Source of the DNA: Chrysomallon squamiferum
Lineage: Eukaryota; Animalia; Mollusca
DNA: 64,000 nt
Assembly (NCBI GenBank): GCA_012295275.1
Contig: CM022671.1
Coordinates: forward strand, 22,134,001 to 22,198,000
Direction of reading: 5' to 3'
Shown here: one piece after another, positions 35,983-48,893 of the stretch
How the letters are laid out: every line of letters begins with the position of its first letter
Numbering within the stretch: position 1 is the first letter of the stretch
Translations under genes and position numbers: made by a program
The notes under the pieces: model-generated
Told to the model about the DNA's origin: nothing
Database searches by the model: none
The model's input: the letters and a program-made list of their open reading frames with translations, nothing else

Positions 35983-38900
35983 TACATATATATATACACA
36001 TTTATTTTTATATATATATGTACATTTATTTTTACATACATGTATATATATATGTATGTATGTATGTATTTTTGGGATAAAATGCATGTGCACATTTCGC
36101 ATCTGTATGTTTGATTATTGCTCAGTGGCTGTCAGTATGGTTTTTATTTAGAAAAGTTATTATTTTGTTCCAGTGTTTATCTGAACATACTCCATTATTT
36201 CTCTGGAGAAGTGTTTTGTCATTTGTAAATGCTTCAGTATATGTAGATTTAACATTGATTAAAATGACAGTATTGAGAATTTTTCACATTAAAAGTAATT
36301 AGTTATTACCTGATTAGAAATTCTGTATTATTTTATAGTTTTTTTCCCTTTGTTTTGTTTTTTTCTAAAAATAATAATAATAAAAAAGTGTTCTGGTATC
36401 ATTTGCACAAAACTAGTGAGACTAGTTGCTTCTTGCTTTAGCTCCAGTTTTTTTTATAATTCTGACTTTCTTCATTTGATTTATCTAAATTTGATTTACT
36501 GAACATAATGTTTCTAATATGCTTAATATAAAAAAAAAATGCCTGCATGCATCCTAAAATATTATTTCCACTTAAATGTCTGTATTTGAAATGTTAAACT
36601 TACTTTGAATCATCATCCAACTGTAACTTTCTTTTTCTTTTTCCCTTTTTTCTCTTTTTTTTTCCCAGAAGTAATCACTAAAGAATGAAACACTGCTAAA
36701 ACAGTAAAAATAAAAAAGTGCACTTAATAAAAAGCTTCATCCTGCTGAACTCTATTTTCAGTTAATTTGTTAGTATCTAATAGCTGATAATCCAGTTAAA
36801 AAATTCGCAACAGAAATTGCTGAAAAAGGTAACTAATTGCATTATGTTTTTTTCTGAACATTATTTTATATCAAACTGTTCTTTGGTTCATATTTTTATA
36901 AAATACCTGACACAGCTCTCTTTTCATATACACAAATTAGGAACGGTAAAAAATTATTGGCTCAGTGAGGTTCTGGATTACAAAGCATCATTCTTACTCT
37001 TCATAAATTATTTTAAAATTAATTTTAAAAAAGTTAACAATTTGGTGAGATGGTAAGTAATTTAAAGCATTTTTCATAGTGTGGTAATAAAAATGTTCTG
37101 CAGATTTTATTATTCATACTGCTTAATTAAGTTTCAATTTTTTTTTGCTTTCCTGGTAAGTATAAAAATGTTGACAATAACAATGTATATGTTAATCATT
37201 TTGTGAATTTCTTAAATCTCCCATTAAATTTTATTTAAGCTTTTGTATTTTGACAATTATTTGACATTGAAATGCACAACCTTTAGCATGCTTAACATTT
37301 AAGTTGAATGCCCTGTTTAGTTTGTTTGAATGTAGTTCAATCTTTGTTGTGACTATCAGTATTTACTTTGTTAAAATTATGCACAAATGTTTTATGCAAT
37401 GAATAACTGTTATTTAACAATATCAAAATATAACTTGAGGTTTAAATCACAATATTTGGTATCTTTGAAATATACATAATAAACGAAAAAAGAAATCTGA
37501 ATATAAATTTTGCTATTTTGTTTTCAATATAAATAGCTCACCTTTTTTTTTTTTTTTTTTAAAGTTCCTAATTTTTCACTGTTGAAGATATAATTATTAA
37601 ATTATGTAAGAAATGTCTGACAATGGTAAAAATGAATTAAAGTTGAAATATCCATTTTAAATACAACAGTACATTTTGTTCAGATTCAGTCATTTGGAAA
37701 AATTATTTTGCAGCTGGAAACAAGTAAAGAATATTGTCTTTTCTTAGCCTTCAAATGGGATGTATTTTAAATCTGTTTTATTAATGAAGTTAATAGCATC
37801 AAAGCCAGTAGTGGCCCAAGCATCTAAAACTTATGTATACATAATCACACTGAGGAGAAAAGCATACAAAATGTCATTAATTCATGAGTAGCGAATAATG
37901 GCAGCAAATTTCCTTTTGTCATCCAAAATCCTTAGCTTTAACAATTAAGGTTTAATTAAATATTAATTTTATTATAATAATAATAATACGTTTAGCTGTA
38001 AATAGTATTTATTATAAAAAGTTGTGATGCAAAGTTGAACAATTTTAGTTTTTAGAAATGTGAAAAGTGAGCATAGATGGTTTAGATTAAGCTGTCTTTG
38101 GAACAGAATTGTTTCAGTTTAGTAATCTGTAGATAAAAATTAGCCTGTGCAGTTTTATTGAATTTCAGACCATTCCCAAAGGAAGTGCTAACTTCTGTCA
38201 TGTATCATTCTTCAGTATCTGTTTAATGCATAATTACATAAGACTGGAATAAGATTTTAAAATTTCTTCAGTATTCACTTAACATAGACGTAATATTAAC
38301 CTTTTTGTTTTTAATGTACATCGATCAATATGGATAAGACTGAACACACTGCATGACGGAATAGTCTTGGTTTCTTTAACATGTAGACAGGCAAGCGAAG
38401 CAGTGAATCCTAACAAATGAGATAATTTAGATTGTCTGTTCTTTTGCCAACATCAGAGACCAGACAAAGAAATCCTTGAGAAAAAAAACTACCTATGTCT
38501 GGTCATTATCCTGTTTCATCATTTGAAACTTCATGTGAGGTTTTTAAAAAAAAAACCTAAAAAAAAATGTGTTTTTCTTTTTTCCTTCTCTTCCATTTGA
38601 ACTGGTATTCAGATTAAAGTAAGAATAATAAAATGTCAGAAAAATAAAAAATCACTTATTACTTAGTTTTTTATTAGGTGGAAAGAAAATGGCTAAATTT
38701 GTAATTTTTTTTCGAATGTTGTAAAAAAAATTCATATTGAACATTTTACAATTTTTTCAAATAATTTCTGGCTTAATGCTTGTGAATTTTGAAAGATCAA
38801 AATTTAGAGAGTTGAATTAATTAATCTATTTAAAATCTAGGAATGTTGGTTATCAGAACAGGGTTAACTGATATGTTAACAATTCAGTGTTTTACAGCAG

Positions 38901-41900
38901 CAGTTGTTAGATTTGCCCTCATTTTATATATGTAGTGACTAATCCCCCACATTTGCTTTATTCTATCCTGGGAAACTATCAGCTACTATATGTTATTAAT
39001 TGAAAGAGGTAATCCATGAGAACAGCAGTTACAGGCTTTGGCTTGGGCTGATCTGTGTTTCAGGATCCACTGTTTGATTTGCTCAATTATGTCATTTGCT
39101 GTCCCAGCTAGTACTCCTTACAATTGCTTTTGTGTAAGATGTTTGTTGTCTTGAGTAAAGTTACATACACATGACTCATTTGTTGAAATGTAGGTGGACC
39201 ATACTGGCAAAAACCAAAAAACAAACAAACAAATGCAAAACTATAAAATGTATTATGAAATAAAAAAAAAAAAAAATCCCAATTCATTTTAAAAATACAA
39301 ATGTATGCCACCTCCCCACTCCAAATAAAAACAATCACCCCCCAAAAATATATCGCCCATATAAAGAAGAAAAGAGTAAAATACAATTTTTTTGTGGTTA
39401 AACTTAAAGTACTTAAAAATGACATGAATCAAATAACAAAGAAAATGTGACACATGCATTCATCGAAATAGTTATTTAACAGAATAAATGGTATGCACCT
39501 GTTGAAAAATTTCAAATTGATTATTTCGATGAACAGCCAGAAAATAAATATATATAGGCTATACATTATTTTTAAATTCATGTTCACTGAAACTAGTTGA
39601 CAGTAAGTGTAGTTTTTTTTTTCCCCACTTGCACAGCAGTTGGCTTACTATGTCACACAGTCGGAATGTGCTCTTGTTTCCTGATCGTTTCCTTCACACA
39701 CTGATCAACATGTCTATCACTGTATATACATCCTAGTCACAGACTGTGGTTAACTTGTGCACCCTCTGACCTCTGACACACTGACAACTGCAGGAAATAC
39801 TTTTCCACCTTCCCTCTAGGCTGCAAGGAGTGGTACACTTTGTTATTATTGTGTCTGCTGGGTGAGTTGAAAGAAAAAAACATCTACACTGAAAACTGTT
39901 TCAAGGATAATTATTCCTGTTTTAAGCTGTGTTAATTTTCTTCTGAAAGTTTTGATTGTTTCTACTGGCCAAGTTGAAGAAAGAAACTGTGTTTGCATAC
40001 AAAAAAGTGTTTGAAAAATGTAAGACTTTTAACATGCAATTTTCTGTTACGTTAATTTTACAAATTAAAATTAGTTTTTGCAGAGTTGTGTAATATAGTA
40101 GAAAATGTATTGCTACCCCCACAGAAGCATTTTCTGTAGATTTTGTAAAAAAAAAAATTAAATTATAATGTCTGTTTTGTTAATTTTCTTTTTTTAACTA
40201 ATAATCAGTATCTATCTTGCTAATTCTTAAACTGTGAAAAATATTTCTTAGAGTAATGATTTTTTTTTTTTAAGTTTTTTACTGGAGAAACTGTTAAAAT
40301 CAATCATTTTTGTTAACTATTATTTTGGAGGAAAACTGGGGGAAAAAAATTAACAACAAAAACAATAACACCCCTCAAAAAAAATCTCTCACATTTACAC
40401 AACTACATACAGTTTTCAGTTTGGCTAATTTATGAAATTATATTTAAAAAAAAAATGTTTTGATAATTATTTTTTAAAATTACTTATTCTGTTTTACATT
40501 AATGTTACTTGTAAAGGTATAAAATTTGTAATATTTGTCTAATAAGTGATTTATATTTTAAAAACTACTGTAGTGTATGATGACATTCTTTATTACTATT
40601 TCATTAACTTCAGTTTTAATATTATTATAATCACTGGCAAGTAGAATAAACTGTCAACAACATAAAAAAAAAAAATAAAAAAAAAAAAAAAAAAAAATGA
40701 CATACCAGCCTAACAGGTGCAATATCAAATATTGTAAATACATTCCTGTGTATAGTTTACACTGGTGTTACAATTTTTAAAAATAACTGTCATTTATTAT
40801 TTATCCATAGCTTTTTGTTTAGTTTGTATCTTAATTGTATTTATTTTTTTTATTTTTTTTTTAATTGTTCGTTTCATGTGAGTATATTGATTATTATTTA
40901 AATGTCTGTTCTTGTAATTGGTGAAGACCACTTTTATTTTTTTTTATGTATTTTTTATTTTTTTTTATAGTTTATTGTTATTTTTATAATTTTTTGTTTT
41001 TGTGGGGGTTGACTAGATGTTTATGTACATGCTTTAGAACTGAAAAAAAAAAAGAAAAGAAAGACTAATAGCCGTCATATAATAATATTATGGTCAGAAT
41101 ATTCATCTGAAAAGCATAGAACTGGCACGAAGCCTGCCCTATCAGTATTGCCAGACACTTTTCTTGACAATTACTTTGTTGAAATGTTATTGCGATGCAA
41201 GTTATTTTCAATGTCTAGCCAGATGGGAATGGTAGAGGAGTGGTTGTCAGACACATAATCAACATTGAGTTGAGGTACAGACTTGGTGCACACTGAGACC
41301 ACCGACACTCCAGACAGCTCAATGCAGAAACCAGCATAACTTGTTTGTGCTTGACAATGACAAAAACTTAAAGAACAATCATGCAGTAGCTGTACTTTTA
41401 TCGTGTGAGACTTAATGTGGTTTGAAAAGTCTACCAAGCCTACTGATAATGCGGTTAATAACAATGGAATGTCTAGAAAGGATATATAATTGGTTTTCTC
41501 CTCAGGACAGTTTCATACAGTAAGTGTGAAGGTTAATATTTTATAAAACAACATCAACTGAAGAGTTGTGTATTCTTTGAGTTTATAAATGAAAAGCATT
41601 AATTAACTTTTAATGCTTTAAAGTGACTTGTGAGGTCTTTGTAACATATGCATTTAAAAAAAAATGAGTTTAAAAAAATATAATAATGAAAAATAAAATA
41701 AACAAAAAATGATTTCATCCGCATAAAGATTGCTGACTGTTAAATTTCTGATTATTTGGGGATTTTTTTCTTTATTTAAGAAGACTTATTTAGCAGGATT
41801 AGAACATTTTAGCAATTCATTTATATGCATTTATGTGTGTAATATTTTTTTTAACTATTTATTTTTTTGAATCGGTAAGTCATATTTAAATGTGTATTTA

Positions 41901-44900
41901 ATAATCAGTGCTTGTACTTAGCACAGCTTAATCCATTTGTGTTATATGATTCAGTTTTTAAATTTTTAATAATAAAAATTACAACCAGAGAAATAAAATA
42001 ATTGAAAAACAGCTAATTTAAAAAAATGCATATGAATGGTTGATTTGACTAGCATATGTGCATTTCATCTTGCACACTCCATTGTGTCTGAACAAGATAT
42101 TTTTATTCACTGTGGATGGTATTGTTAGAAGTTTGAAAATAGCAGGAATGAATTCCTTTTCACTTGATCACTGAATTGTTAAAGAGCGAGACAGTGCTGA
42201 ATTTTGGCACTCATGTTTTCTTGTACTCTTAAGTTAACTAATTGCATCGTTGTTGAAAAGATGACTGTTCTGCAGTGAAGAAAAATAAATAAAAATGCAA
42301 GGTATATAAATAGGTGGTAACAAACAGTTAATACTTCCTGAAGCACAGAATTGTGAAGTATGTTCAGTATGCCACTGCTGAGATATCATGCGATTTATAC
42401 TACACATCTACCAGTACATGGAGGTCAGAGGTTTATAGAGTGAATTATCCTTGGAATTCTTTACAAACCTAATTTCAGTCATTACCTGTACAGCTGACTG
42501 TGTTGTTTAAATGTGTCTGCTTGAACAGTATGCAGCAAAGCTGAAACTGCAGTCATATTCAGCAGATACAAACCGTGCTGTTGGAGATATAATAACCACA
42601 GCTAGTCTTGTATACCCTTGAATGTGTCAGCTGCTGTCAGTCAGTTCATTGACCTAATGAAGTTTAAAGGTACAGACAGTAGTGGAATATTTTTAACGAT
42701 AAAGGGCAAGTTGGGGATTTTCCCTCAAGTTTCACCGTCTCAGTTTATGTGGAAGTGCATGTCTGTATGTAATAATTGATTTTTTTTTTTTTGGATTTTC
42801 TTCTCATAATGTTTTTTAAATGAAGCCATATTGAAATTCATTGATGTTGAGAATTGATAGAAAAATGCTGTGTCAGCATGATTCAGTATACGTGGTGTGG
42901 TTGTCTTGAAGTTGAGTTGTTTTTCTGCTAAAGGATATTATTTTCTGCGTATCTGGCTGCAGTGAATAAAATTACTTCCAAAAATTATTAAATACAGACA
43001 TGTTTAATGTGTCTGGGTTAGGACAGAATATTTTAATGTGCATCCAGACACATTATTGATATTTAAGCATTAACAATTGCATATGATAACAGAAAGATTG
43101 AATACAGTTATCAGATAAAATTATACTGTCAGTTGATAAAATCATATCCTTTACTTAATTTTTTTTTTCTTATTTAGTACAGTTGAAAAGGAATTAGTTA
43201 TATTAAAAACCTAAATGAAAAATAACTGAAATTGTTTATCTTTAGCCTTCATACTTTAACATGGGTAAAAAAAAAAAAAAAAAAAGAGGTCCACATTCAG
43301 GTTTTGAATTATTAAAACATTGTTTAAAGTTTAGGAAAAGAAACTAACAAAATTTTATTTTTTGTTTTATTGAAGCTTTAATTCTGTTGCTGACTTAGAA
43401 ATATTTACAATTTTAATTTATCTGAGATTGTCATTATATGTTTTTAGGTTTAATGATCAGTTAATTTAGAAGCAGTGGACTTGGTTTATTGTTCTGAAGC
43501 AGTGTAGGATTTTAGGATTACTGCAGCATACTTATTGAATATTACTTTTCAACCATTGCATCATAACTGATGTGTTGTCCTGTCGGTGGAAAGTTTAAAT
43601 AAATAGTTATTTGTGACTAGTAATGATAGAATTTTTTATAATTAATTAAAGAAAAAAAAAATACATACATTTAGTTATTAAACAAATATTGTGTTACTCA
43701 TGCTGTGTACAAGACATCTTAAAAATGACAATTAACATTTCCAGATCATGACCATTCTTTGGATATGTTAGGCTGTTTCAGATTGATGCATATAAACAGA
43801 TATTTATCTTAAAAACAGCTACAACAAAAATAACCCATTCACATCCAGATGATTTCATGCAAAAATAAAAATGTCTGAGTATGGTTATTATATTTATTGA
43901 TGTAAATATATATGTATCGCAACAGTTTCAGTAAAAACACACTAAAATACCTTTCACTCAGTTATGGTTTGTAATCATACAGTAATTATCAGAATAGGAA
44001 AGTTTCCCTCTCAAATTTTTCCAGTAAAAAAAACCTAAAACCTACGTTAATTATAATAAAATGTAGTCTACTAATGTAAGTGGTTATTTATCATCGGACC
44101 ACTTCAGTAAGTAATCAAACAATTGTATAATCAAACCCAGAGCAACTAAATGTTCTAAACAAAACAAATTCAGATAATTTGTGTTTCAGTAGGTAAATCA
44201 TGCTTGGCTACCTGTTTAGTTATTGCTGGTTGATTTATAATCATATCCTGTTATAATGGATAATCACATAAATTAATGTTAACATTTCTGTTGTTCACTT
44301 TTGTCAAAAAAAAAAAATTAAAAAAATTAAAAACAGGTTGTTCTGTCTTTGTATGTAAATATTATTAACATATATTATATATTGTTTTGCAGGGAAATGC
44401 AACCCTCCATCTGTATCCTCATTTTGAACCACTCCGCCAAATTGAAGGTAAGATCATTCTGTCAGAATATTTTACAGTAATAAACAGTTAAGATTTAAAA
44501 TATTTATTTGACATTTTTCTGACAGAAAGATGTGTTGGGTGCTCTGATCTGTATAAAGAATTCAAAGAAAAATAACAGTTGTTTATTTTATGTATTTAAA
44601 AAAAAAAAAAAAATTGTAATTCCTGCACATTCTACACGATAAACCAAAAAGATTTTGTAAAATTTTGTTAAGAGTTTGCTTGCATATGCTCCATCTTTTA
44701 TCTGTAAACAAGTTTTTTGCCTAGATGTGATATCATTAAATATTAACTTGACATTTCAAACTGACTGTTTCAAAAACTGAACAACAAAAAAAATAAAAAT
44801 AAAGAAACAAAAATTGAATTCTTCTCGTCTTGCTGCAGGATATTTATATGAAATGTTTCATTTAAGTTTCCTGCTAAATTATTTAATTGAAATGATGTTT

Positions 44901-45261
44901 GGCATGCACAGTAAATGTTATGCAAGCGGTATGACATTCCCAGGGTCTTAAAAAACAAGTAGTTTGAGGAACAGACAAAATAACAATGCATGGAATGTAA
45001 TGAATTTTGTGTAGTCGTTTTCCTGCTGCTGAAATTGTGACTTCATTCATTTGTAGTTACCTAAAATATTTGTTGACCTTCAGGTCTGTGCACTTAGTCA
45101 ATACGGATCCATTCACTGGAGAATTTTTCTCAACATGTTTCAAAACACTCAGTCTTTTGAGTGCAAATAATGTCCGTGCATGTTAGAACCTTGAGCCAAT
45201 TTGTATCATCTCGGAAAAAATCAATAGTTTGCTTAGCTTTTGTGTTGGCCAGACAGACATA

Positions 45262-45304
<43 letters not shown>

Positions 45305-48300
45305 TTATAAGAAAGGTACTCTTAGATTGAGAAAGGTGAGGATTTTTTAAAATCATGTCTGGGCAGGGCCTGGTGCCAAGCAAATTTCATTAAATTTACA
45401 ATTTTGACATCTTTCTGTCATTGCTTTTTAATTTACTATTAATTCCTGTTATATTTTTGAAAAAAAAAAAAAGAAAAAAAGAAGACAATTATAATAAAAA
45501 ATGAAACATGTATATATTATTTTCCTATATTTTCTTTCATTTTTTTAATTTAATTTTCTTTATAATTTTATAGTCTTTCACAGGAGTTTTATTTAAAATT
45601 TATTTTAACCCCACATGGTTGAAGCATTTTGTTTTATAAAAACCAATTTAATAATAAAATTAATTTCTTAATGCACAGCACTTACAAAAAAAACTCCGTA
45701 AGTTACAAACATAATAAGAACACATATAAAAATGTTTTATCTCGTTATTACATCTGCTGCTTTATCTTACATTGTTACTGGTTTGGTAATTTACAAATGC
45801 ATGTACCAGTTACTGGAATCTACAGCATTTTGACATTTACATAATTTACCTATAAAATAAAATTAATTAAGTGAAAATATACATACACATACTAACTTGA
45901 TAAAAAAAAAAGTATAATAAAATAAATTCTCATAAGAAATTCAGATTTTAAAGAATCCCATGTGTTCACAAAATAATAAAAATTCTTCCATACAAATTTT
46001 TAATACCTACATGGTCAAACTTAGGTTATTGGATAAGTTACATTTGACTGATGAGATTTGTGGACTAGCTAATACGTGACATAACATTACAGTTAATTAC
46101 AGACTGGTTATGTTTTATTATTTCCCCAAAGAATATGTGTATTACAGAACCCTGGTGAATAATATGACTATTGACACAAACTTCCACAAACACTATTGAT
46201 ATTTTGGCAAGGTAATAAAGCTAATGAATGCATTGCATCATAGTTTTTGATATAACCAGGCCTTGGATTATTGGCTAGAGGTCTGACTTGAGTGAATTGT
46301 CCAGTTAATATAGCAACTGGTCAGCCACAGGACTTGAGCTTCAGTGAAGTAGAGGTTTGGATTGTTTTTCCACAATTCTCAACAAAAAGTAAATTTTTCT
46401 TAAAGCAGAAATTTGAATTGACATTTTATTTGATACTGATTTTTGTTTTACAATTTTAAATAGAAAGTTGTGTCACAAAAGGCCAAGGCAGAATGAAAGA
46501 TTATTAATTTTATTTATTTATTATTATTATTATTATTTTGTTCGTTGCAGGTGTGACACACTGTTTCAGATGTTATTGTCACTTTCTGAGCAATAATTAG
46601 AAAATAAATGTTGCTAGATTGGTTATGAAATACTGTGATGTCCATTAATATATTATCTTGATATTGGCGGCTTTTCATGTGGCAGTCTTGTGAAGACACA
46701 TCAAGCTGCCTGATGAAGAGCTGTCCAGTGTACAAGAAAATACTACACATTTTTAAAATTTCTTTTTACATCGCAGAAAATGAAGAAATAACAAAGAGTT
46801 TGTGTGTCATTATCTGCATATATAATTGTTGAAATGTAATAATGTACATTTAAAATGAAGTAGTATGGTGGAGAGAAAAAAAAAAAAAAAGAAAATCAGC
46901 ATACACAACCAGTCATTATTTATAATTATTTAGCTTTCATTTTAATTTCAGTTCAATGGTTAGGATTACATAATTAATTTATTAATCATTTTCATTTTCA
47001 TTCTTTTTTTGTTTTTACCATACAATGACAATAATATTGAAATAATTATCTGTAAATTTAAGAACCTCCCCTCTCAAAATATCAATTCAAAATAACACAC
47101 ACACTGACACATCATTTTTTAAATCATTGTCTAGATATTTAGTTCCTTTTTTCCTTTAATCCGAAATTTGAGTTTTATTATAGAAGTTCGGTTTAGCTAA
47201 GTGAACAGTTAATTAAAAAGGCATATGTCTCGAGTTTTGATGGATGTTGCCGACTGCCGCTCTTCCTTTGGTCAGCTATCGTTCCACTACAGAGAGCTGC
47301 CAAATGAAGGGCTGTGATTGGTGACAACAGCGACTAATGATAAATGTTGACAGAGTTGATGACTTGTGTCTGGTTTCAACTAATTAACTCTGTTCTAATG
47401 CAGAGCAGACTTGTATACATGTATTCAAAATTATAGTAATTTATTGGTAATAAAGTAGCAGTGAAATACAATGAATTTAGGATTTAATTATGAATTTTTT
47501 GTTTTGTTTTGTTTTTTACATTTTTGTTAATGTTGAGGTAATTTTAATTTATGGATTTAAAAACATTTATGTTTACTACTTTAAATCACTGCTTTATACA
47601 TTCATTAAATACCTTGTGAACGGTTTTATCTTTTGGCATCATTCTGTATAAGAACAGGAAATGATAAAATAATATATAATGTGTTGCATTTTCCTTATCA
47701 GTTGTTTGGAATTTCAAGCAAATTTTAAATGGAGAAACTTAAAACAAAAATGATGTAAATATATAACTTTGTTTTACTTCAGTTCTTTATTTAGCTGCTT
47801 CTGTTTTTATTTTTAGTTCATTATTATTGTTATTGGTGGTGGTGTTGTTGTTATTATTATTATTATTATTGTTAATTAAAAAAAAAAAAAAACACAAAAA
47901 ACCCCCAGCAAAAAACACAAAAAACTTAAAAAATAAATCCCACCACAACAACAAAAAATAAAATAGAGATAAAAAATAAGTATCTGGTCTTGAATAGTTC
48001 ATAATTTTGGCCAGCTAGATATTTTACTATCATTGCTTTTTAGCTTTGTTGATATGTTGTCATTTTATGTGTATGGTGATTTTTATAAAATATACCTTGA
48101 AAAAGAAAATGTAAAAAAAGAAGTGATTCATTTTTTTACTTTCCTGTTAATTGTTCCGGTATTTGATCAAATGCTCCACTGCTGAATTGTTAGTTGCATT
48201 AATCATAAGCTGATAGGAATAGTATTATTGATGGAGTAATATCATAAATAATGGTTGCAGCCCACAAAACAATTTTAAAAATAACAAATTCTTTTCATTG

Positions 48301-48856
48301 TTGGGACTAAACAGATAATAAAAAACATATTTATAATTTAAAAACAATTGTTGTCTTACATCTCAAGCTGAATGCTTTCTTTTGTATGTCTGTTGCAGTG
48401 TGCTTTTGCATGTAAAAATCAAATCACGCTTATTTTTCTTTTTCTCAGGGGTTGTTGACTACCTGCAAACAGAAATCTCAACATCAAAACAAAAGAAATT
48501 CAGCTTGGTTACATTTGTCGATACTCCTGGTCTTGTGGATGGTGACATGAAATATCCTTTTGATGTCAACGAAGCTATCTTGTGGCTAGGTAAGAATATT
48601 TCCTGATTTTTTTGATTGTTTTGTTCTCTTTTTTGTGTGTTAAAAATGAAAATATAAATGAAAAAATAAAACAACAATACACACCCACCCACACATACAG
48701 ACAAGAAAAACAATTAAAACACAACCCAACTCCTCCAAAAAATTGTTTGGCCCATTTAGTGCTTGATTTGGGATATGGTTTTGTCCATCAAACAGAAGGT
48801 TAATTACTATAAATATAATATTTAAAAAATTTGTTATTGTTTAAATGCTAGTCATA

Positions 48857-48893
<37 letters not shown>

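Noticed and set aside
37050-37058. ATG|GTAAGT as an alternative NTPase start exon
   Set aside because: GTAAGT occurs several times in these introns, there is no promoter signature, and the product would lack the P-loop.
44931-45012. miR-1-like 22-mer TGGAATGTAATGAATTTTGTGT (44991-45012, 18/22 identical)
   Set aside because: The only complementary segment (ACATTCC, 44934-44940) is short and ~50 nt away. There is no canonical precursor, and true miR-1 is nearly invariant.
46530-46605. A minus-strand miR-315 paralogue hairpin
   Set aside because: The seed differs and the would-be 3' arm does not pair with the 5' arm, so it is treated as a plus-strand target site instead.
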